DNA of 60,355 bases, filler included, from Sphacelaria rigidula (taxonomy: Eukaryota): NCBI GenBank assembly GCA_964200075.2. It is 10 parts of 10 records of this genome, joined end to end, with 100 filler letters (N's around TTAATTAATTAA, not from the genome) between each part and the next. Parts side by side here need not be neighbours in the genome. Positions count along the whole stretch, not along the records: positions 24,186 to 30,131 come from CAXNAA020023302.1; positions 30,232 to 36,176 come from CAXNAA020023303.1; positions 36,277 to 42,221 come from CAXNAA020023304.1; 7 more parts are not named here. One strand, written 5' to 3'. How positions within the stretch are numbered: position 1 is the stretch's first letter; every line of letters begins with the position of its first letter. Below, one piece after another: positions 25,112 through 36,653 of this stretch. The position numbers were made by a program, and so were the translations under genes. Below the pieces are notes generated by a model. That model was not told where the DNA came from. It saw nothing but the letters and a program-made list of their open reading frames with translations, and ran no database searches.

Positions 25112-25310
25112 TGTAATGCGCAAGAGGACCGCGTGCTAAGAGAACCGCATCGGAATCTGGATTCCCCTAAGGTTGGGGTTAGTGTTGGGGTTAGAGTCAG
25201 GGGCGTGGTACCTGCAGGGACTGGCCCGATTGGTTTTGAAAAACGTCGATCCTGATATGTTTTGAACTACGGCGCGGTCCTCCAAGCACGCGGTCCTCTC
25301 ACGCATTACA
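25112..25310. mobile_element. 199-bp MITE with TGT...ACA ends, 5-bp TSD and telomere-like core
   Basis: TIR TGTAATGCGCAAGAGGACCGCGTGCT / AGCACGCGGTCCTCTCACGCATTACA; TSD GTCGT (25107-25111, 25311-25315). Absent from copia copy B. Confidence 0.92.
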
Positions 25311-25385
25311 GTCGTCGTCGCGGTTGTTGTTGCGTTGGCTTCTACAGTCAGAGTAGTCGTGTTTGTCTGTATAGTGAAAACTGCA

Positions 25386-26450
25386 TCATTTGACCGACCT
25401 GTCCTGGTGGTTTGACTGCCCACTAGAACGGCAGTCACGGGCGTGGTGGCCTCTTCTTCCGCACGAGAAGCATTTCCCGCAAACTTTCGCGGGTCGATTC
25501 GAGGAGTTTGACATTGCCGCCGCCAGCATAGAAGAATCACGGCCATGTGATCTGCTCGCGGTTACTTTCCTCGCCAGTCTATTGGCATACATGTTGCGTA
25601 GGGTTGTTTCAATATCCCCGATGCTCAAGTCTGGGTCTCGTTCTGCGTTATATTTCACTTGGTCATACTCGCTGGTTAGACCCTCGATTATGATATCAGT
25701 GAGTCTTCCGTCGGAGATGGGCTCGCCAATGTGCACGAGCTCGTCTCGGAGCTGGAATACTTTTGCCAAGAAAACATCCAGGTCTTGTCCTGGTGACATA
25801 GTCATGGTGTCCAGCTGTCGCATCAGTATGCAGCGTCTTTGCTTAGATGAATTTTGATACTTGGCTACGAGTCCTTCCCACGCACTTTTGCCGTTTGGTT
25901 TCTCTGAACCCTTCGGCTGAAAACGCAAGAGGTAATTTGCCGCCGAGCCAGTTGTCGATAAGTACAAAACGTTGAACAACTGTTCGTTATACCGGTCCCA
26001 GTTTTGTATTTCACGTTTGTTCAAACATTTTCTCACATTTGAGTCCACGCTGGAATGATCAGACACTTCTTGAACAGGAGGTTGGGCTTGGTCACCGGCA
26101 GCTTCAGTGTCACCCGTCGCTGCTGTCGTCTCGCTCCCCGCGGTTGCTTCCACCGATAGTAACGGCGAACGAGCGGGCGACTGCTGATAGCTTCTGGAAC
26201 GGGTCGCAATGGGGCTTGTTTTTGATGTCGATCTGGCAGCTGGTTGTGGGTGATCTACCTCATAAAAAGCTTCATAATAGATTTCCGGGGGGCGTTCAAC
26301 CTCGTTGAGGATATCAGATATTCCCGGATGAGTCAAGAAAATAATCGCGCGCGAAGAGCGCGTCCACTCGACGAATTTCGTACCGTCGAACTTGTTTATA
26401 CTCCCAATGAGTTGAGTTACAGATGGCTCTCCCGATGTATTCATCTGCAT
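25386..26450 (-). CDS. gag: Copia gag (copy A), ending at a TGA that is TGG in copy B
   Basis: KFDGTKFVEW N-terminal motif, GKSAWEGLVAKY, IIEGLTSEYD and a CCHC knuckle. Confidence 0.88.
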   Translation of the reverse strand: MQMNTSGEPSVTQLIGSINKFDGTKFVEWTRSSRAIIFLTHPGISDILNEVERPPEIYYEAFYEVDHPQPAARSTSKTSPIATRSRSYQQSPARSPLLSVEATAGSETTAATGDTEAAGDQAQPPVQEVSDHSSVDSNVRKCLNKREIQNWDRYNEQLFNVLYLSTTGSAANYLLRFQPKGSEKPNGKSAWEGLVAKYQNSSKQRRCILMRQLDTMTMSPGQDLDVFLAKVFQLRDELVHIGEPISDGRLTDIIIEGLTSEYDQVKYNAERDPDLSIGDIETTLRNMYANRLARKVTASRSHGRDSSMLAAAMSNSSNRPAKVCGKCFSCGRRGHHARDCRSSGQSNHQDRSVK

Positions 26451-26631
26451 CAAGTTTTATTTGTAAAGCTGTCTATTCACACCTGCAGATCTTGTGAAAG
26501 GATCTGAATTATTGGTCTTTTGATTGATGCTGCTGAGACGACCTTGAAGTGACGTCCCCTCGCTCGTGCTGACCGCCATAGTCTTGACTCAAAGGTCGAT
26601 GACCTGAAGGACTACGTGGTCGCGAATCGAA

Positions 26632-26642
26632 GGCTCAAAACC
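26632..26642 (-). promoter_or_regulatory. Primer-binding site of half-tRNA(iMet) type, copy A (same site at 35090-35100 in copy B)
   Basis: GGTTTTGAGCC immediately follows the LTR-terminal CA; compare Ty5/copia-type GGTTATG(A/G)GCC. Confidence 0.7.
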
Positions 26643-27369
26643 TGTTGGAAATACGTGTGGCTCGTGGCTTGTTGGTACTGTTCTCGAAACAGACCGATCA
26701 GTCTCCTAAAGACACGACTACCGTCCCGAGGACAGTAGTATGGCAGAGAGTGCACGGTAGTTGTCAGACCACTTGCTTCTGCAGCAGAATAAAATCAGCG
26801 AGCCAAAATGGTTGATGGGCTCTTCATCTGGCCAAGAAAAACACAACGTACAGCCTCTTCTTAAAGCAGAGAGCTGGAGGCAGTGAAGGAGAGCTGGGTA
26901 AGCTGGGTAAGCTTGGGAGAGTGATTGCAAGGGCGACAGACCACCGCTTACAACCATGTTCAATCCTGGAAGAAGAATCCAACACTCTACACGTACGTAA
27001 GGTCTAATCGTATAATTCAATCCAGCCTGGCTATTGCTGACGCGGTAGCCGTGCTAGCTTAGATTAAGTGCAAAGTTGCACACAAGATATCCTGTAGCTT
27101 ACGTGGCCTAAATACTCTGCTAGAGTATCTTTCATCGACAAATCATGGCAACACGCCTACTGTAGCAGTACCCTACCTGAAACGTCATTCACACAGATAG
27201 ACGATAAATCAACACAAAAGAGTTACTCTCCGTAAAACGGATACTCATGAAACGGTCTCACGTGGTTCGTTGTTTCGTTGAAGCGTCATAGATTGTACTC
27301 CTATCTTTTGTTGCAACAACTTCATTCAAACATAATGGAGATAGACTACATCGTCTAGATTTTCCGACA
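26643..27369 (-). repeat. 5' LTR of copia copy A (727 bp)
   Basis: Ends TGTTGGAAA...TTTCCGACA (inverted repeat); homologous to 35101-35780. Confidence 0.88.
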
Positions 27370-27379
27370 AGGTGCCGCG

Positions 27380-28980
27380 AACGTTGTTGTATACACCTAC
27401 ATCCCACAGTGGGATGTACCCAAACGATAACTGTCCGATAACGGCCCGCATTGTTCAGACAAACGTTCGGCCGCAGTCAGTGACCTTTTGGGTGCCCATC
27501 GCATTTTTACTAGTTCGTATCACGCTTCCACCAATGGTGGAACGGAACGAGAAAATCATACGATGGCATGGATGCTTGCTGCTGTAGCGAATGTGAGACA
27601 AATGGACTTGGATCTGCATCTGCCGCTTGTCCAAATGAACTATGATAATTCAGTCAATGCCGCTACGGGATTGGCGAATGAGAGACAGATGGACTGGGAT
27701 CTGCATCTGCCCCTTGTCTAAATGAACTATAGTAGTTTATTCAATGCCGCTACGAGATCGGCGCCGAATGAAATTGGTCGTATGCCTAGGTTACCTTGGA
27801 CGGTGTCCGACAGCAAAATACAGGTGGACATCAGAGTCTGGATCGTGATGCTGTAGAGTAAGTACCATTTGTCGGTTAGCAATCGTCTTTGTCTTGCACA
27901 TGAAGTGGTACGAGAATAAAACCTAATCAATCTGGCCAAGGTGGCCAGGGCGAACTCGGTGTTGGATGATGTGATACATAAACATCCGGTGTGGAAGGTA
28001 GGCCAATGGACATGGGTATATAATTATGTGAAGACCATCGATCTTGAAGCTGGGTCAAAGGCATTCTCTTTGAACATAGTGTCGAAACCGAATCTTTCTT
28101 GAATCGGACTGGTCCTGGGGGAAAATTTGCTATAGGTCCAAGCGCTACCGCGCCCGACAAAATTTCGGTGGGAGCAAAACGTTTTTGTTTAGATTTTCCC
28201 ACGGATGCACCTGGCTTGAAACCGAAAAACGCGTCTTGATGCTACGGTACAAACCGTGTGTTCCTCCTCATAACTCCTCTGACATGCCCAAACAACTGCC
28301 GTTGGGGCTTAGCCAGTACGTGTTGACCAAGTATGCGATCGAAACTCTGCCGTATCATATGACGGTCGAGGATGCGGACGCATCCCTGGAACGTGTTGCG
28401 TCAGATCGGATTTCGGGCCGGTAACTGATCCACGGTCGTGTTGGTATGATAGCGGTGATGTATGAAACACATGGGAAAAGTATCATGCGTATTACATGGA
28501 AGCGTGAAATTGACTCACGTCCCTTTCGTCGGGAAATATTGCTGCACTGGGTAGGAGATGTCGTCCAACACCGCCCGTTGAATGCGCAAGGAAGCTACCG
28601 CTCGGTAACTGGCAAGTGAGCACTCAGCGCGGTTAGTTGTAGCAGGGTATAGCCTTCTTTCGCGTTCACAATACATGCAGTCTTTTGGGGGACAACGTTT
28701 ACCAAGGGGTCGTACTTTTGTTATAAGGCTTTGGATTCACTGTGGTGAATGGGTACGATTCATTTGATCGATCCTACATCTGACAACTCCTACTTCATCC
28801 CTTCGCTTGATGACCCGAGCCCCCTTGAGATACTCTCGTATGATGCCTACCTCACCGAGGTGCCGACCGCCCGCGGTGGATCCTGGTGTCTCCAGCGTCA
28901 TGACCAAGGCGATCTCGACACAGCCGTTCTCCGCAACACGGACACCACTTGGGATGCAGAAGACTTATGATACCCCGCAT
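27380..28980 (+). mobile_element. Degenerate Ty3/gypsy integrase with probable chromodomain-like C-terminus
   Basis: FTSSYHASTNGGTERENHTMAWML (integrase core, cf. YHPQTNGxxER), YDNSVNAATG, then ERVASDRISGR*LIHGRVGMIAVMYETH...WKRE; many stops. Confidence 0.8.
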
Positions 28981-29555
28981 CCGAGTTTGCTTTCCTCATT
29001 CACCTTGCGTAATGTACCATGTTCGAATGGCTTGTCTTGCGCCGTGGCGTCGTTCGAACCCATGTGCCCCCCCTCCCCTCCCTTCATTTGTTTCCGTACT
29101 TCTGTAGCCCCCGTTCCTCTAGTGGTTGTATTTTGCATTTTGTATGCACTGTTCGGCTTTGACCCTTGTCTTCGCGTTTTGTTCTTTTTGTTTTCCGTTT
29201 AGTGTTTTGGTTCTTATTTCTGTGTTTGATCAATGAAGAAATGCTTCTTTCTGGGTTCATATATCGGAGTATTTCGTGACGACCGTTCGTAACCCCCTCT
29301 AGAGGATTTCGAATGCTCAAGGTGAGGCACGACCTTTACAAGGTCGAGGTGCGGTGTCTCGATGGGGTCGTTGGTTTTGCCGGCATCTCTTTTTTTTTGC
29401 AGATAGTAATAAGGACTTCGTGCTAGAGTAGAAGCAGTAGCAGCGATGAATAGAGCCACATAGGTGTTACGTACACAAACCATATAATCAACCACGAAGC
29501 CTCCCCCCAAGCACGCAACGGATAATTGCTGTTGCAAGGTGATCCCTCAGTGCGG

Positions 29556-29778
29556 TGTAGCGCGTGAGAAGACAGCGTGCTTCGAGGACTGCGTTGTACT
29601 TCAAAAGACCCCAGGATTGACGTTTTTCAAAACCAATCGGCCCAGTCCCTACACGGACCATGCCCCTGACCTTAGCGCTAACCTTAACCCTGACCCTGAC
29701 CCTATCCCTTACCGTCACCATAGGGATGTCTGACCTCCGATGCGGTCCCCTTGGCACACGGTCCTACCATGCATTACA
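29556..29778. mobile_element. Diverged copy of the TGT...ACA telomere-repeat MITE
   Basis: TGTAGCGCGTGAGAAGACAGCGTGCT...GCACACGGTCCTACCATGCATTACA; internal AAACCAATCGG.CCAGTCCCT and CCCTGA/CCTTAA hexamers; TSD eroded. Confidence 0.85.
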
Positions 29779-30231
29779 GCGATTAAAATAGCTCTTGCAA
29801 GAAGATTTGTACAGCACACTGAAGGGTCTAGGTAGCGCTTGAGGGTGCAATTCGGCAGGGGAATATTGCACAATTGTTTCGTCTAGTGGTACGCTTCTGT
29901 TGAGTATTTTTGAGCTTCACTTGATTTCGTCACTTTATTTGCCGCATTCCGAAATATGATACGGATGCCCTTAAGGATGCTGAAGGCGGTGTTAATCGAG
30001 TGTACTCACACTCAATGTTGGATACACGCGGACAGGCCTGGATGAGTTGGAAATGGATATTGTGATTGGATTATGACATATGGGTGAAGGGCATATCAGA
30101 GATACAGTTCTGTTATTAAAGGTATACCCGANNNNNNNNNNNNNNNNNNNNNNNNNNNNNNNNNNNNNNNNNNNNTTAATTAATTAANNNNNNNNNNNNN
30201 NNNNNNNNNNNNNNNNNNNNNNNNNNNNNNN

Positions 30232-31591
30232 TTGTGCCTGTGGTTGATCTCAGCGTGCCCTGCATGCCACTGATTCCATATGATGCATCGCAATACCCTA
30301 TTAAATTCAACTTCTTGTCGGAGGTTGAGTAAGTAAGGGGAAGCTCAGGTTTTCTTTTCAAGTAGCGAAACATACGCTTAACTACAGCCAAGGGGTGGAT
30401 ATTTGGCTTGCCCATATGGCGTGCTACTTGAGAAACACTAAATGCAATGTCGAATCTTGTGCTCCGCGCCAAAAAGATGAGGCTCCCGACCATGGCTTGG
30501 TACCTCGTTTTGTCCGACTGCTCCCAGAAAGTTGTCTTCGGGTGTGTCTTCAACCAGTTGGTCTGGGGTCCCGGGTGTGTGGATCGGGTGAGATGACTCC
30601 ATCCCAAATTTTAAAAGTAGGGATTTTACGCAGTTGTGCTGCGATAGCTTTTGAGTCCCTCGTGCTTCATCTCTGATTACCTCCATTCCAAGGATAAGGG
30701 ATACCGGTCCTAGCTCGGAGATTGAGAAGTTTGTCTCCAGCAAATTTTGTACTTGGTGGAGCACGTTGATAGATGGGCCTGGCATTAGTTTGTCATCTAC
30801 AAACGGTGTCAGCATGATGTAACTACCATGGGAACTTCTTGTGTAGACATACGGGTCACTTGCAGTGGCGGAATTCCTAGTGTTTTCAACTCGGTGTCGA
30901 TCGTAGAGTTCCACACGTCTAGACTTCGTCGTAGTCCATATAGTGCTCTCCTAAGCTTCATCTCATGCGGTTTTCCTGTAGTGGGGTCAAGAGTTTCGAA
31001 GCCAGGCGCTTGTTTGCCAAACACCGTTTCTTGAAGCTTCCCGTTGAGAAATGCTGTTTGGACGTCCAGGGCTAAGATGGGCCAATTTGTTTTGCAGTGG
31101 CAATTGCCAGTAGCAATCGTTGGCTTTCTAGCCGGCAAACAGGGGGCGAAGGTACTTCCGCAGTCAAGCCCATGCCTCTGAGCCCACCCTTGGACCACCA
31201 GTCGAGCTTTAAAATGTCCGTCAGCTTTGACCTTGAACACCCATCTCGTGCCGATGATGTTGTTGTTAGGAGGTACGGAGCCAGTAGGGATGGTGTCGGC
31301 AACCTGATGATCTTTGATACTTTGAAGTTCGTCCAGCATTGCTGCCCTCCACGTTTTTGCATAAGGCGAACAAGATGCTTGGTGATAATTAACAGGAACC
31401 GAAATGGACGCGGGTGGCACAACTTGTTCGATGCCAACAGGTCCGATGTACTGGCATACCGTTTCGAGTGTCATGGTGGTATGCAAGAGCTCTGTGGATG
31501 TAAGAGCTAGTTGCCGCAGTTCTCTGACTTGGCGTTGATTAGTCGGTGCAGATGTGGAATGTTCAACACCGCCAGACGAACGTAAATTCAT
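30232..31591 (-). pseudogene. Copia reverse transcriptase and RNase H start of copy B, split over several frames
   Basis: RT motifs distributed over ORFs 30809-31591, 31072-31437, 30438-30914 and 30176-30607. Confidence 0.92.
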
Positions 31592-31599
31592 TGGAGTGG

Positions 31600-32409
31600 C
31601 TAGCTGACCTTTGATTGGTAACGAGTCGATGATGATGTTATCTTCGAGCTGGGTGATTCGTAGGTGTTGAGATTGAAGTTGTTGGTCTCGTCGTGTTGTT
31701 GATGATCATCTTCGAAATCGTCGATCCCTAGGATGTCCGGTGCAGAAAAATCTTCTTCACTGTGAGGAGTTCCGACTACTTGCTCGATGAAGGTGACATT
31801 GCGGGAGCTCGATATCCTCCCGGAGTAGCGGTCATAGATACGGTAAGATGGACTATCAGAATCATATCCTATTAATACTCCTTCCCAAGCTTTTTCTCCT
31901 AATGTACTCTGATGGCGTTCCTTGTGCACGAACGCCCTCGAACCGATGTTTCTCAAAAACGACAGTTTCGGTTGTTCGAGGAACATCCGGTAGTATGGGG
32001 TGTCTCCTCCGATGCTAGTGTGCGGCAAGCGGTTGATCAAAAAGACCGCAGTTCCCGCGATCTCCCCCCAGAGAATCTTCGGCATATTCGCTTCATTCAG
32101 GAGGCAGCGCGTAATATTCAGGATAGTTCTTCCGTCTCGCTCGGAAATGCCATTTTGCTGAGGGGTGTATAGGGCAGCAAACTCTTGAAGAATACCCGTT
32201 GTTTTGCAGTATCTTCGAAAGTAGTCCGCAATGTATTCACCCCCGCGGTCAGACCGTAGGCGGTGTACGCGGAGGCCTGAAGGAGTAGCCAGATCTTGGA
32301 TAAACCGGCAGAGCGCAGTGAGAGTTTCGTCCTTTGTCTTAATAAAGTACACCACTTTGAACCGCGTGTGAAAATCCGTAAATTTTGCCATGTACCTATA
32401 GCCTCCCAT
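31600..32409 (-). pseudogene. Copia integrase core of copy B
   Basis: DDE motifs LRSDRGGEY and PQQNGISER; LWGEIAGTAVFLINRLP; IGYDSDSPSYRIYD. Confidence 0.92.
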
Positions 32410-33361
32410 TGCAGCAGGTGTAGTGGGTCCTGACAGGTCGATGCTGACCAGTTGTAACCGCTCCGAAACATTTGTGGAGTCTACAGTCTTTGGATGATCC
32501 TGCTGTACGCTTTTATTTCATTTGCAGGTTTCACAAGGCGATAGTGATCCTTCAAACCTCACACCTGTTTGGGGGATATTCTAAAGACGCCGCATGGCCT
32601 GTTCCGTAGGATATCCGAGTCGCTTGTGCCATACGTCTGCTACCACCGTGGTAGATAGGGTTGTTCAATCGTCGGCCATGTCTAGAACTGTTTCTGCTAC
32701 ATGAACAGTGCCGATGCCCATAAGTTCCCCTGACATAGTTGTGGCCGTCAGTGCTGAGTTGTAGTTGTTGATCCCTGGTTTCTGATAAATCTTCAAGTGG
32801 ATGCACATAAGTGTTCCACCGAGATCACTGTTGGTGGGCACTTTGCAGGTTCCAAGGCCTACATGAGAATTCGTGGAAAAAATTGTCGATATGCCTTTCG
32901 TTTGAGCTTAAATAGGCGAGAACGAATGTTTCCCGAGACCTGGAACAATTACTGCAGGGGGCCGAACAGTACGCTCGATCCTCTGGGAATCAGCGATGAT
33001 GGTGAGAACGCCTCTTCCCGTACCATGTAGTAGATGACGTCCAGCGGTAAGGATACTCATGGGTGGTCGAGCTTCACGTAGTTAAGCATTTCACTTTCGA
33101 TATTCGGCAATAGCTGATTATCCAAAAAGGGCCCGCTGGAGCCATTGCCAACGACCATCTTGAAATAAATTTGACTTTCTGTACTGTGTTTGTCAGTGAC
33201 ATGAGAACCTGAAAGGTAGGAAAATCTCACGCCGTTTGATGATTGACAAGAGGCAAGCACAGTTTCGGCCGAAGGTGTCGAAATATGTTGGCCTTGGTCA
33301 TTCGATGGTACTGTCGCGGAAGCTGGATCGGCGATGACAGTGTTGGCTTGGCGTTGATGTC

Positions 33362-33733
<372 letters not shown>

Positions 33734-35100
33734 CGACGACGGGGGTTACTGCGACGATGCTGATTGTTGTTGTTCACGTTCCTGTTGTTCAGCTGGTTTT
33801 TTACACTCCGAGTCGTCGTGTTTGTCTGTATGGCGAAAACTGCACCATTTGACAGACCTGTTCTGGTGGTTCGACTGTCCACCAGAACGGCAGTCGCGAA
33901 CGTGACGACCTCTTCTTTCGCACGAGAAGCATTTTCCGCGAAATTTCGCGGGTTGATTCGAGGAGTTCGACATTGCTGTCGCCAGCATTGAAGAATCGCG
34001 GCCATGTGATCTTCTCGCGGTTACTTTCCTCGCCAGTCTATTGGCATACATGTTACGTAGGGTAGTTTCGATACCCCCGATGATCAAGTCTGGATTTTGT
34101 TCTGCGGTATCTTTTATTTGGTCGTAGTCGCTGGTTGGAGCCTCGACTATGATATCAGTTAGTCGATCGTCGGAGATGGGCCCGCCAATGTGCACGAGCT
34201 CGTCTCGCAGCTGGAATACTTTTGCTAGAAAAACGTCCGCGTCTTGTCCTGGTGACATAGTCATGTTGTCCAGCTGTCGCATCAGTAAGCGGCGTCTTTC
34301 CTTAGACGAATTTTGGTACTGCTAACAAACCTTCCCACGCATTTTTGCCGTTTGGTTTCTCTGAACCCTTAGGCTGAAAACGTAGGAGGTAATTTGCGCT
34401 GAACCAGTTGCCGATAAGTAAAAAACGTTGAACAGCTGTTCGTTATACCGGTCCCAGTTTTGTATCTCACGCGTGTTCAAAATCTGTCTCACATGTAAGT
34501 CCACGCTGGGATGATCAGACACTTCTTGAACAGGGGGTTGGGCTTGATTACCAGCAGTTTCAGTGTCATCCGCCGCTGCTGTCGTCTCGCTCCCCGCGGT
34601 TGCCTCCACCGATGGTGACGGCGAACGAGCGGGCGGCTGCTGATAACTTCTGGAACGGGTCGCAATGGGGCTTGTTCTTGATGTCGATCTGGCAGCTGGT
34701 TGTGGGTGATCTACCTCAGAAACATGTTCATCGTAAAATTCCGGGGGGCGTTCGACCCCGTTGAGGATAGCAGAGATCCCCGGATGAGTTGAGGAAATTA
34801 TCGCGCGCGTAGAGCGCGTACTTGAGGACGAATTTCGTGCCGTCGAACTTGTTGATGCTCCTGATGAGTTGAGTTACAGATGGCTCTCCCGATATATTCA
34901 TCTGCCTCAAGTTTTATTTGTAAAAACTTTCTGTTTACACCTGCAGATCCTGTGAAATGATCTGATTTCTTGGTCTTCTGATTGATGCTGCTGAGACGAC
35001 CTTGAAGTGACGTCCCCACGCCCGTGCTGACCGTCGTCGTCTCGAGTCGAAGGCCGATGGCCTGAAGGACTACGTGGTCGCGAATCGAAGGCTCAAAACC

Positions 35101-35780
35101 TGTCGGAAACATTGTGTGGCTCGTGGCTGTTGGTACTGTTCTCGAAACAGACCGACTAGTGTCCCGAAGACACGACCACTGTCCCGAAGACAGTAGTATA
35201 GCAGAGGGTGCACAGTGGTGGGTAAACCGCTTGCTCCTGCAGCTCAGAATGAAATCACAGAGACAAAATGGTTGATGGACTCTTCATCTGGCCAAGAAAA
35301 ATAGGACACACAGCCTCTTCTTAGAGCAGAGAGCTGGAGGTGGTGGAGGAGAGTGATTGCAAGGGCGGTAAGAACCACCAATCACAAGCATACCCAATCC
35401 TGGAAGAAGAATTAAAACACTCTACACGTACGTAGGTTCTAACCGTATCATTCAATTCAACCTCTATATTACTGACGCGGTAGCCTTGTCAGCTTAGATC
35501 TACTGCAACATTCCACACAAGATATCATACAACTTACGTGGTTTAGATACTGGCTAGAGTATTGATAAATCATGGCAATACGCCTACTCTTAGCAATATC
35601 CTACTCGAGGTCCCATCCATACAGAAGAGGTACTCTTCGTACAAAGATACAATGTGACTGTACTACACCGTTCGAAGTTTCATTGAACCGCAACATGTTG
35701 TGCCGCTATTTTCTGTTTTTGCAACAAGTCAATTCAAGACACAGTGCATGTAGAGTGTACCGTCTAGATTATTTGCAACA
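35101..35780 (-). repeat. 5' LTR of copia copy B (680 bp)
   Basis: TGTCGGAAA...TTTGCAACA ends; homologous to the LTR of copy A. Confidence 0.88.
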
Positions 35781-36549
35781 GCCTCCAATGTTCGAGAATC
35801 GGCACTCAATAGTATCGACGTACCTATGGTGTTCTTTGTCCTTGTACACCAACACCCGCACTCAAATCTATCGCATTTTAGAATCCAAGACCGAACATCC
35901 TACGCAACGCCGTGTTACTGACTCGAGTACCTGCAGCTCCCCCGGATCGAGCAACGGTCCAGCTGCTGAGCGGTGTTCCCCTTGCTCCGAAGTCCATCGT
36001 AGCAGCTTCCTGCCGTGGCGGGCCTTCTGTCCTCACCGTTGCGGAAGCCTTTCTAACCCTACTAGCTTGCCATTCCTTGAAACTATGGTAATCCTCCGGC
36101 GTGATAAAGATATAACAGCCGATTTTATATTTTGGGGTTCATACAAAATATGGGGCTGAAGTGGCATATCTGTCTTNNNNNNNNNNNNNNNNNNNNNNNN
36201 NNNNNNNNNNNNNNNNNNNNTTAATTAATTAANNNNNNNNNNNNNNNNNNNNNNNNNNNNNNNNNNNNNNNNNNNNGCGAATGATCAAAGCCACTCTCAA
36301 TCGTATCATCTACTCTCAATCTCACGAAAACACTGTTAGCAGTGTTAGGGCATTGCACAGCAGCCCCAACCGCAGCAGGGGTCGAACGAAGAAAGTGGGT
36401 AGTGATCATATCGAAACCCAAGTAGTTGGGGATATTTTGAACGGGACGTCTTTTCAGTCTCTCCAAGGGTCTGTCGAGAGGAATGTTTTGGAGGTGATGA
36501 AACGTGATGAGCACCGAGATGTTGGAGTTGTCTCTGTTAGGAATAGGAA

Positions 36550-36620
36550 CGGTGATCCGTCTCGAAAGAGATGCGTGGTCTATGGTCGAACGACTAAGGC
36601 AAGCAACAAACGAGTACGAC
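36550..36620 (+). repeat. Member of a ~70-85-bp dispersed module abutting poly-C/G tracts (others ~9560-9645 -, 40935-41015 +, 48160-48222 +, 55330-55410 +, 57240-57312 -, 60030-60078 -, 60335-60355 +)
   Basis: Shared core GTGCTCCGTC...GGGATGCGnGGTCnAnGGTC...GACTAnGGCAnGCAAnA...GAGTAC-CCCC. Confidence 0.75.

Positions 36621-36653
<33 letters not shown>

Larger units (their letters stand above)
24186..27369 (-). mobile_element. Ty1/copia retrotransposon copy A (5' LTR, gag, protease), inserted next to gypsy integrase sequence
   Basis: LTR, PBS, gag with CFSCGRRGHHARDC knuckle, protease MAVDSDSSGHF and PGLGKHLLS motif. Colinear and clearly homologous with copy B (30232-35780). Confidence 0.92.

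Noticed and set aside
15467..28980. Joining the gypsy RT (contig 3) and gypsy integrase (contig 5) into one element
   Set aside because: They lie on different, artificially concatenated contigs.
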